Shown here in pieces: positions 8,526 to 10,096 of a DNA stretch of 10,096 nt. Both the position numbers and the translations under genes were made by a program. The stretch is from Octopus sinensis (taxonomy: Eukaryota). The DNA lies in assembly GCF_006345805.1 (NCBI RefSeq), contig NW_021827676.1:1-10096 (forward strand), read 5' to 3'. The notes under the pieces are model-generated. The model was not told the origin of the DNA and searched no databases. It was given only the letters and a program-made list of their open reading frames with translations. The stretch's first letter is position 1. Each line of letters begins with the position of its first letter.

Positions 8526-8711
8526 ATTCAGTTATGCTTAGGAATCCAGTCTTAATGTTTAACGATTATTGTTTCTGATAGGACCCAATTAAGGAGACGC
8601 TTGAGGAATCTATTTCAGGAAAAAGTGGCCGCTGAAAATGGATAGATGGATGGTGTATTCCAATAATTTTAAAAAGATATAAGAAATGCTAGTATGCTAT
8701 AGCCTATTATT

Positions 8712-8890
8712 TGCTTAGCGGCATTTCATCCGTCTTTACGTTCTGAGTTCAAATTCCGCCGCGGTCGTCTTTGCCTTTCATCCTTTGGTAGTCGATAAAA
8801 GAAATACCAGTTCTATACTGGAGTAGATGTAATAGACAGCCCCGTCCAACCAAAATTTCAGGCCTTGAGCCTATAATAGATAGGATTATT
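8712..8890 (+). mobile_element. 5'-truncated family A SINE with a different 3' tail
   Basis: Shares TGCTTAGCGG...GAGTTCAAATTCCGCC...TTTGCCTTTCATCCTTT...GATGTAAT with the other A copies. After 8837 it continues CCAAAATTTCAGGCCTTGAGCCTATAATAGATAGGATTATT. Confidence 0.85.
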
Positions 8891-8927
8891 TGAAGTATAT
8901 TTGAATACATTTTGTCTGATAATTATA

Positions 8928-9495
8928 TTGGGTTGTCCGGAAAGTTCGTGCCGATTTTTAAAGGAAAGAAAAAGGTCAATAAATACTTGCCATTATATTT
9001 TTAATCAACCAAATATGAACCATTTTGTTGCATAATGCGTCTCCATCTTTCCTTTAACTTGAAAATACCCTCTTCCCAGAAATGACGTGGTTTCATGGCA
9101 AAGAATTCATCAAGGTATCTTTTTATGTCATCCAAGGAATTGAAATTTTTACCATTAAATTTTTACCATTCTGCAGAGACCTGAATAAGTGGAAATCCGA
9201 AGGAGCAATATCTGATGAATATGGAGGGTGGAGTAACACATCCCAGCCGAGCTGCAGCAATTGTCTGGTTCTCAAAGCATCAAGTGCCAAAAATGAACTT
9301 TCTTATCTTCCATTTTAAAGGGTTATAGAATTAACACAGGTTATAGGAACATAAACGTTCTTCCACAAAAATATAGCTTAAACTGTGCTCTAAATGGAGG
9401 TATAGTCAAATCCTATTTTATAGACACAACCATGTCCTAAAATAAGTCGAAAGATAAGCTGCTATAAATCGGCACGAACTTTCCGGACAACCCAA
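8928..9495 (-). mobile_element. Internally deleted mariner (568 bp), perfect 30-bp TIRs, TA target duplication
   Basis: TTGGGTTGTCCGGAAAGTTCGTGCCGATTT at 8928-8957, exact inverse at 9466-9495, TA at 8926-8927 and 9496-9497. Confidence 0.97.
9001..9313 (-). pseudogene. Mariner DD34D transposase remnant (mellifera-subfamily-like)
   Basis: MEDKKVHFWHLML joined out of frame to LRTRQLLQLGWDVLLHPPYSSDIAPSDFHLFRSLQ, then a frameshift to NGKNFNSLDDIKRYLDEFFAMKPRHFWEEGIFKLKERWRRIMQQNGSYLVD-stop. YSSDIAPSD is the YSPDLAPSD motif. Confidence 0.95.
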
Positions 9496-9740
9496 TAGAA
9501 GCGGATTTGTGGTTTTGCCGTATCAGCTTTTGGTTTTATCTATGTTGCTGATTTTTCGTTCTGTTTCTAAACATGGAAAACTAATATGTTATAACTTCGC
9601 TCATTTTATACATCTGGCATGAGATATTGAATTTGTTATTCTGCTATCAACTGAAGACAGGCGTCCATAACTGGGATATTCTCTCATCCGTTTAACATTG
9701 GAGGCGAAAGCTTAATTCTAACTAACTTTAGGAATATATG

Positions 9741-9795
<55 letters not shown>

Positions 9796-9832
9796 ATACA
9801 TACATACATACATTCATACATACATACATATA
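9741..9832. repeat. (CA)n-(CATA)n compound microsatellite
   Basis: Direct reading. Confidence 0.97.
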
Positions 9833-10096
9833 TATTCTTTATTCTTTTATTCATTTATTTGTTTCAGTCATTTGACTGCGGCCATGCTGGAGCAATTCGA
9901 CTCCAGGACTTATACTTTGTAAGCCTGTTACTTATTCCATCGATCTTTTTTGCCGAACCGCTAGTTACGGGGACGTAAACACACCAGAATCGGTTGTCAA
10001 GCGATGGTGAGGGTCCTAACACAGGCACATCATCATTTACACACACACACACACACACACACGTACACACGCAGACACAACACACATACATATATA
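9833..10096 (-). mobile_element. SINE family B, 3' half, running into its internal (CA)n at the window edge
   Basis: Aligns with 3349-3560 (CAGTCATTTGACTG...GGGGACGTAAACACACCAG...CAAGCGATG). Confidence 0.88.

Noticed and set aside
9082-9318. + strand ORF of 78 aa
   Set aside because: Antisense to the mariner transposase remnant.
1-10096. CRISPR array, rRNA, operon or terminator features
   Set aside because: No regularly spaced repeat-spacer units or prokaryotic gene structure; the sequence is eukaryotic repeat-rich DNA.

Overview
AT-rich eukaryotic non-coding DNA dense in microsatellites and transposable elements. The repeat families look like those I recall from Octopus (coleoid cephalopod) genomes; that is recognition from memory, not a search. 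No intact protein-coding gene, rRNA, true tRNA or CRISPR array is supportable. Elements seen: three families of tRNA-headed SINEs (7 copies, two with exact target-site duplications), an old (AAC)n-tailed retro-element in several decayed copies, a Penelope-like terminal fragment carrying a minimal hammerhead-ribozyme fold, the 3' end of a restriction-like-endonuclease (RLE) non-LTR retrotransposon sitting inside a (CATA)n microsatellite, an internally deleted mariner with perfect 30-bp TIRs, and two decayed MITEs. Three weak, phase-compatible + strand exon candidates and an antisense bias of the retro-elements suggest the window may be intronic. Best leads: the hammerhead variant (2707-2744), the apparently microsatellite-targeted RLE element (201-460), and a possible HDV-like ribozyme footprint at the head of the (AAC)n-tailed element.
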